Source: an uncultured delta proteobacterium (GTDB taxonomy: Bacteria; Myxococcota_A; Polyangia; Polyangiales; Polyangiaceae). Taken from it: DNA of 64,000 bases. A program made the position numbers and the translations under genes. The notes beneath the pieces were generated by a model. That model was not told the DNA's origin. It did not search any database and was given only the letters and a program-made list of their open reading frames with translations. How positions within the stretch are numbered: the stretch's first letter is position 1; every line of letters begins with the position of its first letter. Shown in pieces: positions 17,860-27,290 of the stretch. Location: contig CAWAIF010000003.1 in NCBI GenBank assembly GCA_963782055.1, forward strand, positions 1,152,001 to 1,216,000, read 5' to 3'.

Positions 17860-18684
17860 TCAGAGGTCAGGGCCCTTGCGGTCGATGGCGTTCAGCAAGC
17901 CGTCGAAGGTGTCGCGCATCGCCCATGCCTGGGCGCTGGAGCTGGTGAGCTTGGAGGCCTTGTCCCGCCCGGCCTTCAGCGCATCCGTCGGGCCCTTGCA
18001 CGACGCGGGAAGGGTGCGCTCCAGCGTCTGCGCGGTGCTCTCGTAGGTGCTGTAGCAGGCGGCGAAGTTGCCGTCGTTGTAGAGGGGGGCGCCGATGTCG
18101 ATGGCGTCGTTGATCTTGTCCTGGATGCTGTTCAGGTCTGTCTTGCTGCAGCCATCCAGCGTCCTGACGGCGAAGACGGGGATGTTGCGCTTCACCGGCG
18201 GCAGGTACGGCTTGGGGGCGCCGCCGCCGTAGAGGCCGCCGGAGCCCGAACCGTAGCCTGAGCCGCCCGAGCCGCCTGAGCCGTAGCCCGACCCCGAGCC
18301 GTAGCTGTCGTAGCCGCTGCCGTAGCCGGAGCCGCCCGAGCCGTAGCCCGAGCCGCCCGAGCCGTAGCCGGAGCCGCCCGAGCCGTAGCCCGAGCCCGAG
18401 CCCGAGCCATAGCCTGAGCTGCCCGAGCCGTAGCCGGAGCCGCCCGAGCCGTAGCCCGAGCTGCCCGAGCCGCTGTACGCGTAGCTGGAGTGCTTGGGCG
18501 TCATGACCTGCCACGCGATGACGAGGCCGCCGATGGCGAACGCGGTGAGCAGCCCGCCCGCGAGGAGCAGCCACACCACCCAGTGCACGCCGGGCGCGCT
18601 CGGCGCCCCGTATTGCTGCGGGGGATACGGGTAGGCGGGCGGGGGGCCTTGGGGCGGCGGGTACTGGCCGTAGGGCGGCTGCAT
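17860..18684 (-). CDS. Membrane protein with P/Q/Y-rich N-terminus, Gly-Ser-Tyr repeat tract and helical C-terminal domain
   Basis: TM segment 'VVWLLLAGGLLTAFAIGGLVIAW'; about 10 GSGYGSG-like units; C-terminal 'DAIDIGAPLYNDGNFAACY...AWAMRDTFD'. Confidence 0.75.
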   Translation of the reverse strand: MQPPYGQYPPPQGPPPAYPYPPQQYGAPSAPGVHWVVWLLLAGGLLTAFAIGGLVIAWQVMTPKHSSYAYSGSGSSGYGSGGSGYGSGSSGYGSGSGSGYGSGGSGYGSGGSGYGSGGSGYGSGYDSYGSGSGYGSGGSGGSGYGSGSGGLYGGGAPKPYLPPVKRNIPVFAVRTLDGCSKTDLNSIQDKINDAIDIGAPLYNDGNFAACYSTYESTAQTLERTLPASCKGPTDALKAGRDKASKLTSSSAQAWAMRDTFDGLLNAIDRKGPDL

Positions 18685-18936
18685 CGGGTCTTTCAGGTGT
18701 GGTGTCGGAACATGGCCGGCGTCAAGCGTCGCGCGCCCGCAAACGACCGAAAAGGAAGTCCGGCCGGATCATACGCGTGCCCGCCCCTGACCTTCCATCC
18801 CGCCGGTCCAGACCGTTCGGCGTGGCCCGAGCCGCCCCGACACGGGCGCGCAGGATGCGATACGCTACCCGAGGGCCGGTCGTTACCCCTCCAATTGCTC
18901 GCCGCGAGCCCCCGTGATACCCAGCGACCCGCGCGA

Positions 18937-19722
18937 ATGACCCTCGTCGAAGCCCGCAACCTGCCGTCGCACGTCGGCATCATCATGGATGGCAACGGCC
19001 GGTGGGCCCAGCAGCGTGGCCTTCCGCGCGTGCAGGGTCACCGCAAGGGCTCGCAGGCGGTCCGCCGCATGGTGCGGATCGCGCGGCGGCTCGGCCTCCG
19101 CGCCCTCACCCTCTACGCCTTCAGCGAGCAGAACTGGGCGCGCCCCGGCGACGAGGTGGACGCCCTGATGGAGCTGCTGCGCGAGTTCCTGACGAGCGAG
19201 CGCGACGAGATCCTGGACAACGGCATCCGCCTCAACGCCGTCGGCAACCTGGGGCGGCTGCCGCACCTGGTCCGCGCCGTCCTCGAGCCGCTGCAGCGCG
19301 AGAGCGAGCCCAACAGCGAGATGACCCTCACCCTCGCCCTCTCGTACGGAGGCCGCGAGGAGATCGCCGCCGCCGCGCGCGAGCTGGCCCGCCGCGTGGC
19401 CGAGGGCCGCATCGATCTGGACGAGGTGACGGAAGACGCCCTTCACGGCCTGATGCCCAGCCTGAGCGTCGGCGATCCCGATCTGGTCATCCGCACCGGC
19501 GGCGAGCGCCGCATCTCCAACTTCCTGCTCTACGGCCTCGCCTACGCCGAGCTGTACTTCGCCGACGTGCTCTGGCCGGACTTCGAGGCCGAGGATCTCT
19601 TCGCCGCCATCGAGAGCTACCAGCAGCGTGAGCGCCGGTTCGGCAAGGTCGGCAAGCCCGCATCGCCGATCGCCAGCGCCGTGCAGGGCGCCTCGGCCAA
19701 GGTCACCCGCATCGCCCTCTGA
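18937..19722 (+). CDS. uppS: Undecaprenyl diphosphate synthase
   Basis: 'HVGIIMDGNGRWA', 'YAFSEQNWARP', 'SYGGREE', 'DLVIRTGGERRISNFLL'. Confidence 0.95.
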   Translation: MTLVEARNLPSHVGIIMDGNGRWAQQRGLPRVQGHRKGSQAVRRMVRIARRLGLRALTLYAFSEQNWARPGDEVDALMELLREFLTSERDEILDNGIRLNAVGNLGRLPHLVRAVLEPLQRESEPNSEMTLTLALSYGGREEIAAAARELARRVAEGRIDLDEVTEDALHGLMPSLSVGDPDLVIRTGGERRISNFLLYGLAYAELYFADVLWPDFEAEDLFAAIESYQQRERRFGKVGKPASPIASAVQGASAKVTRIAL

Positions 19723-19740
19723 GCCCCGAGCGGATCTGCC

Positions 19741-20622
19741 GTGAAGACGCCCACCTCGGAAGAGAGCCCCACGGCGACCGAGGGAGCGCCGCCGCCGAAG
19801 AAGAGCGCGTCCAACCTGGCGGTGCGCCTGGCGACCGCCGCCGTCGCCGTCCCGCTGCTGCTGCTGCTTCTGTATCGCGGGCCCGCGTGGGGCCTCTACC
19901 TGCTCGTGCTGCCCGCGTCGGTCGTGGGCGCCTCCGAGCTGTTCGGCATGACCCACGCCGGCGACCGCGTCTCGCAAGGCATCGGGCTGGCGCTCACCGC
20001 CGCCGTCTCCGCGGCGATCTACTTCGGCGGACACGACGCGCGCGTGGTGCTGACGGTGCTGGCGATCGTGCCGGTGATCGGACCGCTGGTGACCCTCGCG
20101 CGGCTGGGCGACATCCACACCGCCGCCATCCGTTCCTTCGCGATGGGCCTCGGCCCCGTCTTCGTCGCCGTGCCGCTCACGTGGCTCGCCGTCATCCGCC
20201 GCGACCTCCCCGACGGCCCGAGCTACGTCGTCATGACGCTGATGTTCGCGTGGTTCAGCGACACCGGCGGCTACTTCGCCGGGCGCTTCCTCGGCAAGCA
20301 CAAGCTCTACGAGGTGGTGTCCCCCAAGAAGACGGTGGAGGGCGCCATCGGCGGTCTCGGGGGCGCGGCCGTCGGCGCGTGCCTGGCCCACTTCTGGTTC
20401 CTGCGCAGCATCCCGCTCGGGCACGCGCTGCTCCTGTCGCTGGTGGCCGGCGCGCTCGGGCAGGCAGGCGACCTGGGCGAGTCGCTCATCAAGCGAGCGA
20501 CGGGCGTGAAGGACTCCGGTCACATCGTGCCGGGGCACGGTGGCATCCTGGACCGGGTCGACGCGCTCCTGCTGACGAGCACCGTCGTCTACCTCTACAG
20601 CCTTTGGATCCCGGCAAACTAA
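19741..20622 (+). CDS. cdsA: Phosphatidate cytidylyltransferase
   Basis: 'DTGGYFAG', 'SPKKTVEG', 'GDLGESLIKR..GVKDSG..VPGHGGILDRVD'; follows uppS. Confidence 0.93.
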   Translation: MKTPTSEESPTATEGAPPPKKSASNLAVRLATAAVAVPLLLLLLYRGPAWGLYLLVLPASVVGASELFGMTHAGDRVSQGIGLALTAAVSAAIYFGGHDARVVLTVLAIVPVIGPLVTLARLGDIHTAAIRSFAMGLGPVFVAVPLTWLAVIRRDLPDGPSYVVMTLMFAWFSDTGGYFAGRFLGKHKLYEVVSPKKTVEGAIGGLGGAAVGACLAHFWFLRSIPLGHALLLSLVAGALGQAGDLGESLIKRATGVKDSGHIVPGHGGILDRVDALLLTSTVVYLYSLWIPAN

Positions 20623-20716
20623 CGCGTCGCGTCACGTCGCTTCTGAGTATGCTCCACCCGTTTCTGTCCGCGTCGCGGCTCGCGCCCCGCGGGCGACCCC
20701 CATCGACAAGGAAGCC

Positions 20717-22042
20717 ATGAGCAACAAGCCTCCCCCGAGCTCTTCCGCCATCCCGGCGGCCCCCGGATCCATGCGTTCGATCGGCAAGGAGTACGACTTC
20801 TTCCGCGTCATCCAGGATTACCTGGACACCGCGTCGAAGGTCATCAACCTGGCCCCGTACGTCTCGACCATCCTCAGCCAGCCGAAGAACGAGATCATCG
20901 TCAACTTCCCAGTCCGCATGGACAGCGGCGAGATTCGCCTCTTCAAGGGATACCGCGTCCAGCACAACAACCTGCTCGGCCCCTTCAAGGGCGGCATCCG
21001 CTACCACGCCAACGTCACCCTGGACGACGTCAAGGCGCTCTCCACGATGATGACGTGGAAGTGCTCGCTCATGGGTCTGCCGTACGGCGGCGGCAAGGGC
21101 GGCATCAAGTTCGACCCGCGCAGCGTGTCGCGCAACGAGCTGCAGCGCATCACGCGCCGCTTCACCCACGCCCTCGGCGAGAACATCGGGCCGGAGTACG
21201 ACGTCCCGGCGCCGGACATGGGCACCAACAGCCAGACCATGGCCTGGATGATGGACACCTACTCCAACATGGTGGGCTCCGCGCACAAGCAGAGCGTGAA
21301 GGGCGTCGTCACCGGCAAGCCCGTCGCCAGCGGCGGCACCCTCGGCCGCAGCAAGGCCACCGGCCAGGGCATGGTCCACTGCCTCACCGAGTGGGCGAAG
21401 GACAAGGGCTTCAACCTGGAAGGCTCGACGATGCTCGTCCAGGGCTTCGGCAACGTGGGCAGCCACTTCGCGGTGCTGCTCTCCAAGCTGGGCGTGTCCA
21501 CCATCGCCGTCGGCGATCACAGCGGGTACCTCTACAACCCGGAGGGCTTCAACGCCCACAAGCTGCAGGACCACGTCGAGAAGCACCACAGCATCGCCGG
21601 CTACCCCGGCGGGAAGCCCATCTCCCGCGAGGAGTTCTGGGCGACGAAGGCAGACATCTGCGCCCCCGCCGCCCTGGAGAACCAGATCGGCGAGGCGGAG
21701 GCTTCGGCCATCCAGGCGAAGGTGGTGGTGGAAGGCGCCAACGGCCCGACCAACCCCGCCGGCGAGAAGATCCTGCTCGAGCGCGGCATCGACATCCTGC
21801 CCGACGTGCTCGCCAACTCGGGCGGCGTGACGGTCAGCTACTACGAGTGGTGCCAGAACAAGCGCTCCGAGTTCTGGACGCTCGAAGAGGTGGACGACAA
21901 GCTGGAGACCGCGATGAAGCGCGTCTACCGCGACGTCGACAACGTGGCGCGCAGCCGCAAGGTGGACCGCCGCATCGCCGCGTACGCGCTGGCGCTGCAG
22001 CGCATCGAGGCGGTCTACAAGGAGCGCGAGATTTTCCCCTGA
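20717..22042 (+). CDS. Glu/Leu/Phe/Val dehydrogenase (probable glutamate dehydrogenase)
   Basis: 'GPFKGGIRYH', 'GGGKGG', 'DVPAPDMGT', 'QGFGNVG', 'EGANGPT', 'SYYEW'. Confidence 0.92.
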   Translation: MSNKPPPSSSAIPAAPGSMRSIGKEYDFFRVIQDYLDTASKVINLAPYVSTILSQPKNEIIVNFPVRMDSGEIRLFKGYRVQHNNLLGPFKGGIRYHANVTLDDVKALSTMMTWKCSLMGLPYGGGKGGIKFDPRSVSRNELQRITRRFTHALGENIGPEYDVPAPDMGTNSQTMAWMMDTYSNMVGSAHKQSVKGVVTGKPVASGGTLGRSKATGQGMVHCLTEWAKDKGFNLEGSTMLVQGFGNVGSHFAVLLSKLGVSTIAVGDHSGYLYNPEGFNAHKLQDHVEKHHSIAGYPGGKPISREEFWATKADICAPAALENQIGEAEASAIQAKVVVEGANGPTNPAGEKILLERGIDILPDVLANSGGVTVSYYEWCQNKRSEFWTLEEVDDKLETAMKRVYRDVDNVARSRKVDRRIAAYALALQRIEAVYKEREIFP

Positions 22043-22337
22043 GGGGCGGCACGCGCCGCCCCTCCCCGCGGGGCCCTCCGCTACGCGTCGGGCGTTGCGG
22101 CCTGGGAGGATGTGGCCTCGGTTCATCTCCCTCTCAGGTCTTCTTGCAGGGGCGGCACGCGCCGCCCCTCCCCGCCCAAGTGAATTGGGCGGGGCCCCTC
22201 CCCACGCGGGCCCTCCGCTACGCGTCGGGCGTTGCGGCCTGGGAGGATGTGGCCTCGGTTCATCTCCGTCTCAGGTCTTCTTGCAGGGGCGGCACGCGCC
22301 GCCCCTCCCCGCGGGGCCCTCCGCTACGCGTCGGGCG
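22043..22337 (-). repeat. Repeat family B cluster (three modules with two near-identical ~55-bp linkers), inverted relative to the 16.2-kb array
   Basis: GGGGCGGCACGCGCCGCCCC at 22043, 22149 and 22286; GGGCCCTCCGCTACGCGTCGGGCG three times; CCCCGCCCAAGTGAATTGGGCGGGG only in the middle module. Confidence 0.92.
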
Positions 22338-22419
22338 TGAGCGAGCGAGAGGGCCCGATCGGCCTGACGTGAACGGCGGCGGCGGGGTGCGGACTTTCTG
22401 GTAAGGTCCGCGCCTCGGC

Positions 22420-23280
22420 ATGTACGTCTCCACCCGGCTCGGACGCTGGTTCTACCGCGAGCACGGCAAGCCCGCGCGTGAGGGCGCGCCGGCGATCGTG
22501 CTGTGGCCCTCCTTCCTCTGCGACGGCTCCATGTGGGACGCGCAGGTGGGCCCGCTGTCCGAGCTCGGTCGCGTCCTCTGCTTCGACGGGCCCGGCCACG
22601 GCAAGAGCGAGCTGCCGCCGCCCTTCTCCCTGGACGACAACACCCGCGCCCTGCTCGATGCCTGCGACGCCCTGGGCGTCGACAAGCTGGTGCTCGTCGG
22701 CCTGTCCTGGGGCGGCATGGTCGGCATGCGCCTCGCGCTGCTGGCGCCCGACCGCGTGAAGGGCCTCGTCCTGCTGGACACCAGCGCCCAGGCGGAGCGC
22801 AAGCGCGACCGCGTGAAGTACCGCGCGCTCGCCTCCCTCTTCCGCCGCGCGGGCATGCCGCCGTGGCTGGTGGAGCGGCAGGTCGCGCCGAAGATGTTCG
22901 GGCGCACCACGCTCGCCACCCACCCGGAGATGTCCGCGCGCCTCTCGCGCGACGTGAACGGCTTCTCCCGCGAGGGCGTGTACCGCGCCAGCAAGGCCAT
23001 CTTCCGGCGGCCGGACGTCACCGCGGAGATCGCCGCCATCCGCGCGCCCACGCTGGTGCTCTGCGGGGAAGAGGACGTGGCCACCCCGCCGGCGCGCTCG
23101 CGCCTCATCGCCGACCGCATCCCCGGCGCGCGGCTGGAGATGGTGCCCGGCGCCGGACACCTCTCCGCCCTGGAGCAGCCGGACCGGGTGAACGCCGTCC
23201 TCGTGCCCTTCGTCCGGGAGGCAATCTCACCACCCCGACCCCCCGCTCCTCACGCACGAGAGGGGGCGAGCGACCGCTAG
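22420..23280 (+). CDS. Alpha/beta hydrolase (PcaD-like)
   Basis: 'DGPGHGKS', 'GLSWGG', 'GEEDVATP', 'GAGHLS'. Confidence 0.88.
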   Translation: MYVSTRLGRWFYREHGKPAREGAPAIVLWPSFLCDGSMWDAQVGPLSELGRVLCFDGPGHGKSELPPPFSLDDNTRALLDACDALGVDKLVLVGLSWGGMVGMRLALLAPDRVKGLVLLDTSAQAERKRDRVKYRALASLFRRAGMPPWLVERQVAPKMFGRTTLATHPEMSARLSRDVNGFSREGVYRASKAIFRRPDVTAEIAAIRAPTLVLCGEEDVATPPARSRLIADRIPGARLEMVPGAGHLSALEQPDRVNAVLVPFVREAISPPRPPAPHAREGASDR

Positions 23281-23323
23281 CCCGGGTTTTGGGCCTCCGG
23301 ACGGGACGGAGTAGACTTCGCCC

Positions 23324-24247
23324 ATGCGCGCTCGCTTCCTCCTTGGCCTCGCCGCCGCGTTCTCGGGCGTCGTCGGGTGCTCGCTGGCCCTCTCGACGAG
23401 CGACGAGCAGTGCAAGACCGACGGCGACTGCGCCGCGCGGGGGGGCGCCTTCGCCGGCAGCGTGTGTCGCGACCGCGTGTGCGTGGCCTCGCCGGTGGAC
23501 GCCGGCGGCACCGAGGAAGCCCCGCCGGACGTGCAGCAGGTCGACCCCACGTGGGGCTGCCTCGGCAGCGTGACCTTTCCCACGGCGGTGAAGCCGCAGG
23601 TGACGGTGAAGGTCCCCTTCATCGATCTGGTCACCAAGGCCCCGATGACCGAGCTGACCATCAAGGTCTGCGCCAAGCTGGACGTGTCGTGCACCAGCCC
23701 GCTCGGCCAGCCGCTCACCCCCGACTCGAAGGGCGTCGTCACCGTGCCGAACGTCGCGGCGGGCTTCGACGGATACCTGGACGTGCAGAGCTCGCAGGCC
23801 CCGCCCGACGGTGGTCTGCCGGCGGTCGTCCCGTCGCTCGTCTTCTTCAACCCGCCGCTCGTCGACGACACGACCTACGCCACGATCCTGATGCTCACGC
23901 CCGCCACGCTCGCGCAGCTCGCGACGACGGCGGGCAACACCCTGGACCCGTCCCTCGGGGCGGCGTTCTACGGCGCGGTGGACTGCCAGTCCAAGTTCGC
24001 CGCCGACGTGGCGTGCACCATCGACCGCACCGACCCGCAGACGAAGGGCTTCTTCCTCGTCGGCGGCCTGCCCAGCGAGACCGCCTCCTCCACCGACTCC
24101 TCCGGGTACGGCGGCTTCATCAACGTGCCCACCGGCTACATCCGCCTCACCGCGACCGTCCACTCCACCAGCAAGCGCATCGGAGAGACGAGCGTGCTCG
24201 TGAGGCCGTCGACCATCAGCTACACCTTCCTCGTCCCCTCGCCATGA
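23324..24247 (+). CDS. Cys-containing lipoprotein, hypothetical
   Basis: Lipobox VVGC; 'QCKTDGDC...VCRDRVCV'; ATGA overlap with the downstream kinase. Confidence 0.75.
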   Translation: MRARFLLGLAAAFSGVVGCSLALSTSDEQCKTDGDCAARGGAFAGSVCRDRVCVASPVDAGGTEEAPPDVQQVDPTWGCLGSVTFPTAVKPQVTVKVPFIDLVTKAPMTELTIKVCAKLDVSCTSPLGQPLTPDSKGVVTVPNVAAGFDGYLDVQSSQAPPDGGLPAVVPSLVFFNPPLVDDTTYATILMLTPATLAQLATTAGNTLDPSLGAAFYGAVDCQSKFAADVACTIDRTDPQTKGFFLVGGLPSETASSTDSSGYGGFINVPTGYIRLTATVHSTSKRIGETSVLVRPSTISYTFLVPSP

Positions 24248-25938
24248 CCTCCCGCGCCCCCGCCGATCTCGAGCCGGAGAGCCTCGGTCGCTACAAGCCG
24301 ATCGCCATCCTCGGCCGCGGCGGCATGGCGCGCGTGCAGCTCGCCATCGCGCAGGGGCCCGCGGGCGTGAACAAGCTCCTGGTGCTCAAGGAGATCCGCC
24401 CCGAGCTGGCGCACGACGTCGAGTTCGTCACCATGTTCATGGACGAGGCCCGCCTCGCCGCGCGCCTCAGTCACCGCAACGTCCTGCACACCTACGAGGT
24501 GGGCCTGGAGCCCGGCGATCCGCCGCGCCCCTTCATGGTGATGGAGTACCTGGAGGGGCAGTCGCTGCAGGCGCTCACCTCGCGCATCGGTCGCTCGCGC
24601 ATGCCCCTGGCGATCCACCTGGCGATCCTCACGCAGGCGCTCGCCGGTCTCCACTACGCGCACGAGCTCGCCGACTACGACGGCACGCCGCTGCACGTCG
24701 TGCACCGCGACGTCAGCCCGCAGAACGTGTTCGTCTGCTACGACGGCCAGGTCAAGATCGTCGACTTCGGCATCGCGAAGGTCGCCGGCGCGGTGTCGCG
24801 CACCGAGACGGGCGTCTTCAAGGGGAAGCTGGGGTACATCGCGCCGGAGCAGATCGCCGCGCGCGAGGTGGATCGCCGGGCGGACATCTACAGCGTCGGG
24901 ATCATCCTGTGGGAAGCGCTGACGCAGCGCCGCCTCACCTCCGGCGACATCGAGGCGGTCGTCATCAGCAAGCGCACCCACGGCGACTACCCCTCCGCGC
25001 GCGCGCTGCGCCCGGAGGTGCCGGAGGCGCTGAGCGCGGTGGCCGCGCGGGCGATGGCGCCCAACCCCGACGACCGCTTCGCCACCGCCGCCGAGATGCA
25101 GGCCGCGCTGGAGTCGGCGATGGAGTCGACCGGCCTCCGCGCAGGCGTGCGCGAGGTGGGCGCCCTGTGCACCGAGGCCTTCGCCACCGAGCGCGAGCGC
25201 ATCCGGGCCATCATCGAGCGGCAGGTGGCCCTCGCCAGCGCCTCGGCGACGGGCGAGCTCGCGGCGGTGTCGCTGCCCGGCGTGCGGGAGGAGTCGGTGT
25301 CCATGCCGCCTCCCAGCCTGCCATCGGCGACGCCGCCGGAGATGGATGGCGCGGGCGGGGGGCCGGCCTCCTTCACCGTCACGCGCAAGGACGAGCTGCG
25401 GCCGCGCCGGGTCTGGGCTCTCGCCGGCGGGGGCGTGGTGCTCGCGGGCATCCTCGGCGCGGTGGTGGTGCTCGCCATGCGCGACACCTCCACGCCCGCG
25501 GCCACCCGCGCCGCCGGGCCGGTCCCCTCGCCGCCTCCCGCGCCCGCGTCCGCGTCCGCGCCCGCGCCCGCGACCATCGACCTGCACGTCTCCGCGGCGC
25601 CCGCCGCCGCGCGCATCACCCTCGACGGCACGCCCGTCTCGTCCAACCCCTTCCACGTGACGCTCAAGCGCGACGACTCCCTGCACAGGGTCTCCGCGTC
25701 GGCGCCCGGGTTCGTCACCGAGGATCGCATGGTCGCCTTCGACAAGGACGTCTCGCTCGACCTCTCCCTCCAGCGCGCGGCGGTGCATGGACCGCCCGTG
25801 GCGCCGCCGCCCGTCGCCGCGCCGAGCGCGAGCGCCGCGACCGGGGCGAAGCCGGGAGACGACCTTGGCGCGGGCACCAACATCCCCGTCGGTCCGCGGC
25901 CGAAGCACACCATCGACGAGAAGGATCCCTACAAATGA
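24244..25938 (+). CDS. Ser/Thr protein kinase with TM helix and PEGA-like domain
   Basis: 'LGRGGMARV', 'HRDVSPQN', 'DFG', 'GKLGYIAPEQ'; TM; 'ITLDGTPV'. Confidence 0.92.
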   Translation: MTSRAPADLEPESLGRYKPIAILGRGGMARVQLAIAQGPAGVNKLLVLKEIRPELAHDVEFVTMFMDEARLAARLSHRNVLHTYEVGLEPGDPPRPFMVMEYLEGQSLQALTSRIGRSRMPLAIHLAILTQALAGLHYAHELADYDGTPLHVVHRDVSPQNVFVCYDGQVKIVDFGIAKVAGAVSRTETGVFKGKLGYIAPEQIAAREVDRRADIYSVGIILWEALTQRRLTSGDIEAVVISKRTHGDYPSARALRPEVPEALSAVAARAMAPNPDDRFATAAEMQAALESAMESTGLRAGVREVGALCTEAFATERERIRAIIERQVALASASATGELAAVSLPGVREESVSMPPPSLPSATPPEMDGAGGGPASFTVTRKDELRPRRVWALAGGGVVLAGILGAVVVLAMRDTSTPAATRAAGPVPSPPPAPASASAPAPATIDLHVSAAPAAARITLDGTPVSSNPFHVTLKRDDSLHRVSASAPGFVTEDRMVAFDKDVSLDLSLQRAAVHGPPVAPPPVAAPSASAATGAKPGDDLGAGTNIPVGPRPKHTIDEKDPYK

Positions 25939-26891
25939 GCGCGCGCGCGACCTCCTGCCTGCTCGCCCTCGCCGTGGCGCTCGCCGCCTCCGGGGCGGCC
26001 GCCGCCCCGCCGACCGCCCAGGCACACGATCTCTTCCAGCGCGGCGTGAAGGACTACAAGGAGGGCGACTTCAACGGGGCGCTCGTCGAGTTCAAGCGAG
26101 CCTACGAGATCGCCCCCAACTACCTCGTGCTCTACAACCTGGGTCAGACGGCGCTGGAGCTGCAGGACTACGCGCAGGGCATCCGCTACTTCCACCAGTA
26201 CCTGAAGGACGGCGGCAAGGACGTCGCGGCCGCGCGCACCGAGCAGGTGCAGCAGGAGATCGACAAGGCGGCGCAGCACGTCGGCACCGTGCGCATCACC
26301 ACCAACGCGGACGGCGCCAACGTGACCGTCGACGACGTCTCGGTGGGCAAGTCGCCGCTCGCCGGGCCGGTGCTCGTCAACGCCGGGCAACGGCGCATCG
26401 CCGCGACCAAGGGCGGCGCCACCGCGGTGAAGGTGCTGGACGTCGCCGGGGGCGACACGCCGACGGTCGATCTGGAGATCGCCGCGCCGACGCCGCCGCC
26501 GGCCACGCCGCGGACGGTGGAGCAGCCGCCGGTGTCCACGCCGCCGCCCTCCGCGCCGGAGGCGCACTCCGGGAGCAAGCTCTGGATCGGCATCACCGTC
26601 ACCGGCGTGCTCGCCGCGGGCGCCGTCGCGACGGGCATCGCGGCCATCGCCGAGAAGAGCGACTACGAAAGCAAGGTGGCGACGTTTGGGTCCACGACGC
26701 AGCAGATCGACGACGCGCGCAGCCGCACGCAGACCTTCGCCGCGGTGGCCGACATCCTGACGGGCGCGGCGGTGGTGTCCGGCGCGGTCACGCTGGTGGT
26801 GGCGATCCTCTCCGGGCGGGGGCATGCGAAGGAGAGCGCGGTGCACGTGGGAATCGGGCCGGGGAGCGTGTCGGTGGGCGGGGTGTTTTAG
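25935..26891 (+). CDS. TPR + PEGA domain exported protein
   Basis: Signal peptide; 'LFQRGVKDYKEGDFNGALVEFKRAYEIAP'; PEGA 'ANVTVDDVSVGKSPL'; terminal 'VGGVF'. Confidence 0.85.
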   Translation: MSARATSCLLALAVALAASGAAAAPPTAQAHDLFQRGVKDYKEGDFNGALVEFKRAYEIAPNYLVLYNLGQTALELQDYAQGIRYFHQYLKDGGKDVAAARTEQVQQEIDKAAQHVGTVRITTNADGANVTVDDVSVGKSPLAGPVLVNAGQRRIAATKGGATAVKVLDVAGGDTPTVDLEIAAPTPPPATPRTVEQPPVSTPPPSAPEAHSGSKLWIGITVTGVLAAGAVATGIAAIAEKSDYESKVATFGSTTQQIDDARSRTQTFAAVADILTGAAVVSGAVTLVVAILSGRGHAKESAVHVGIGPGSVSVGGVF

Positions 26892-26895
26892 GGAG

Positions 26896-27071
26896 GAGAG
26901 GGAGGGGGGCCCCTCCTCGCGTGTGCTCGGGCCCATGCTCGCTCGCGCGCGCGCCGTCGATGGGTGCAGGGTGCACGGGCTCTGGCGCGCGCGCGAGCTT
27001 GCGCGTGGGCCCTGCGCGCACGCGTCCTCCCCCGGCCCATCGCTCGCTGTCGCTCGCTCGGGCGGGGAGGA
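26896..27071 (+). repeat. Palindromic dispersed repeat family A, copy 3
   Basis: Near-identical to 2288-2425, then a variant terminal hairpin TCCTCCCC...GGGGAGGA. Confidence 0.9.
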
Positions 27072-27152
27072 TGTTCGGGGCGCTGGTGACGGGCTGTGGA
27101 CGGTAGAAACGGTGGGAACGGGCCCTCCCCCGCGAATGGCCTCCCCTCTCTG

Positions 27153-27282
27153 TTCTTCCTTCACCACCACGCGCGGCGGATGCGGCGAAAGGACGCGACG
27201 CGATCGGAGGCGGCGCTGTGGCAGGAGCTCCGGGGGGCGGCGGTGCGGCGGGGTGAAGTTTCGGCGGCAGCACGTGCTGGGC
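27153..27282 (+). pseudogene. DUF559 (Vsr-like PD-(D/E)xK endonuclease) N-terminal fragment, frameshifted and truncated
   Basis: 'HARRMRRKDATRSEAALWQELRG', then after a +1 shift in the G6 run (27232-27237) 'RRCGGVKFRRQHVLG'; the expected 'YIVDF...LVVEVDG' is absent. Confidence 0.7.
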
Positions 27283-27290
27283 TCAGCTCG

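Noticed and set aside
22043..22337. Mini-CRISPR (repeat-spacer-repeat)
   Set aside because: The two 'spacers' are almost identical to each other and the repeat module varies in length; fits REP/BIME-like repeats
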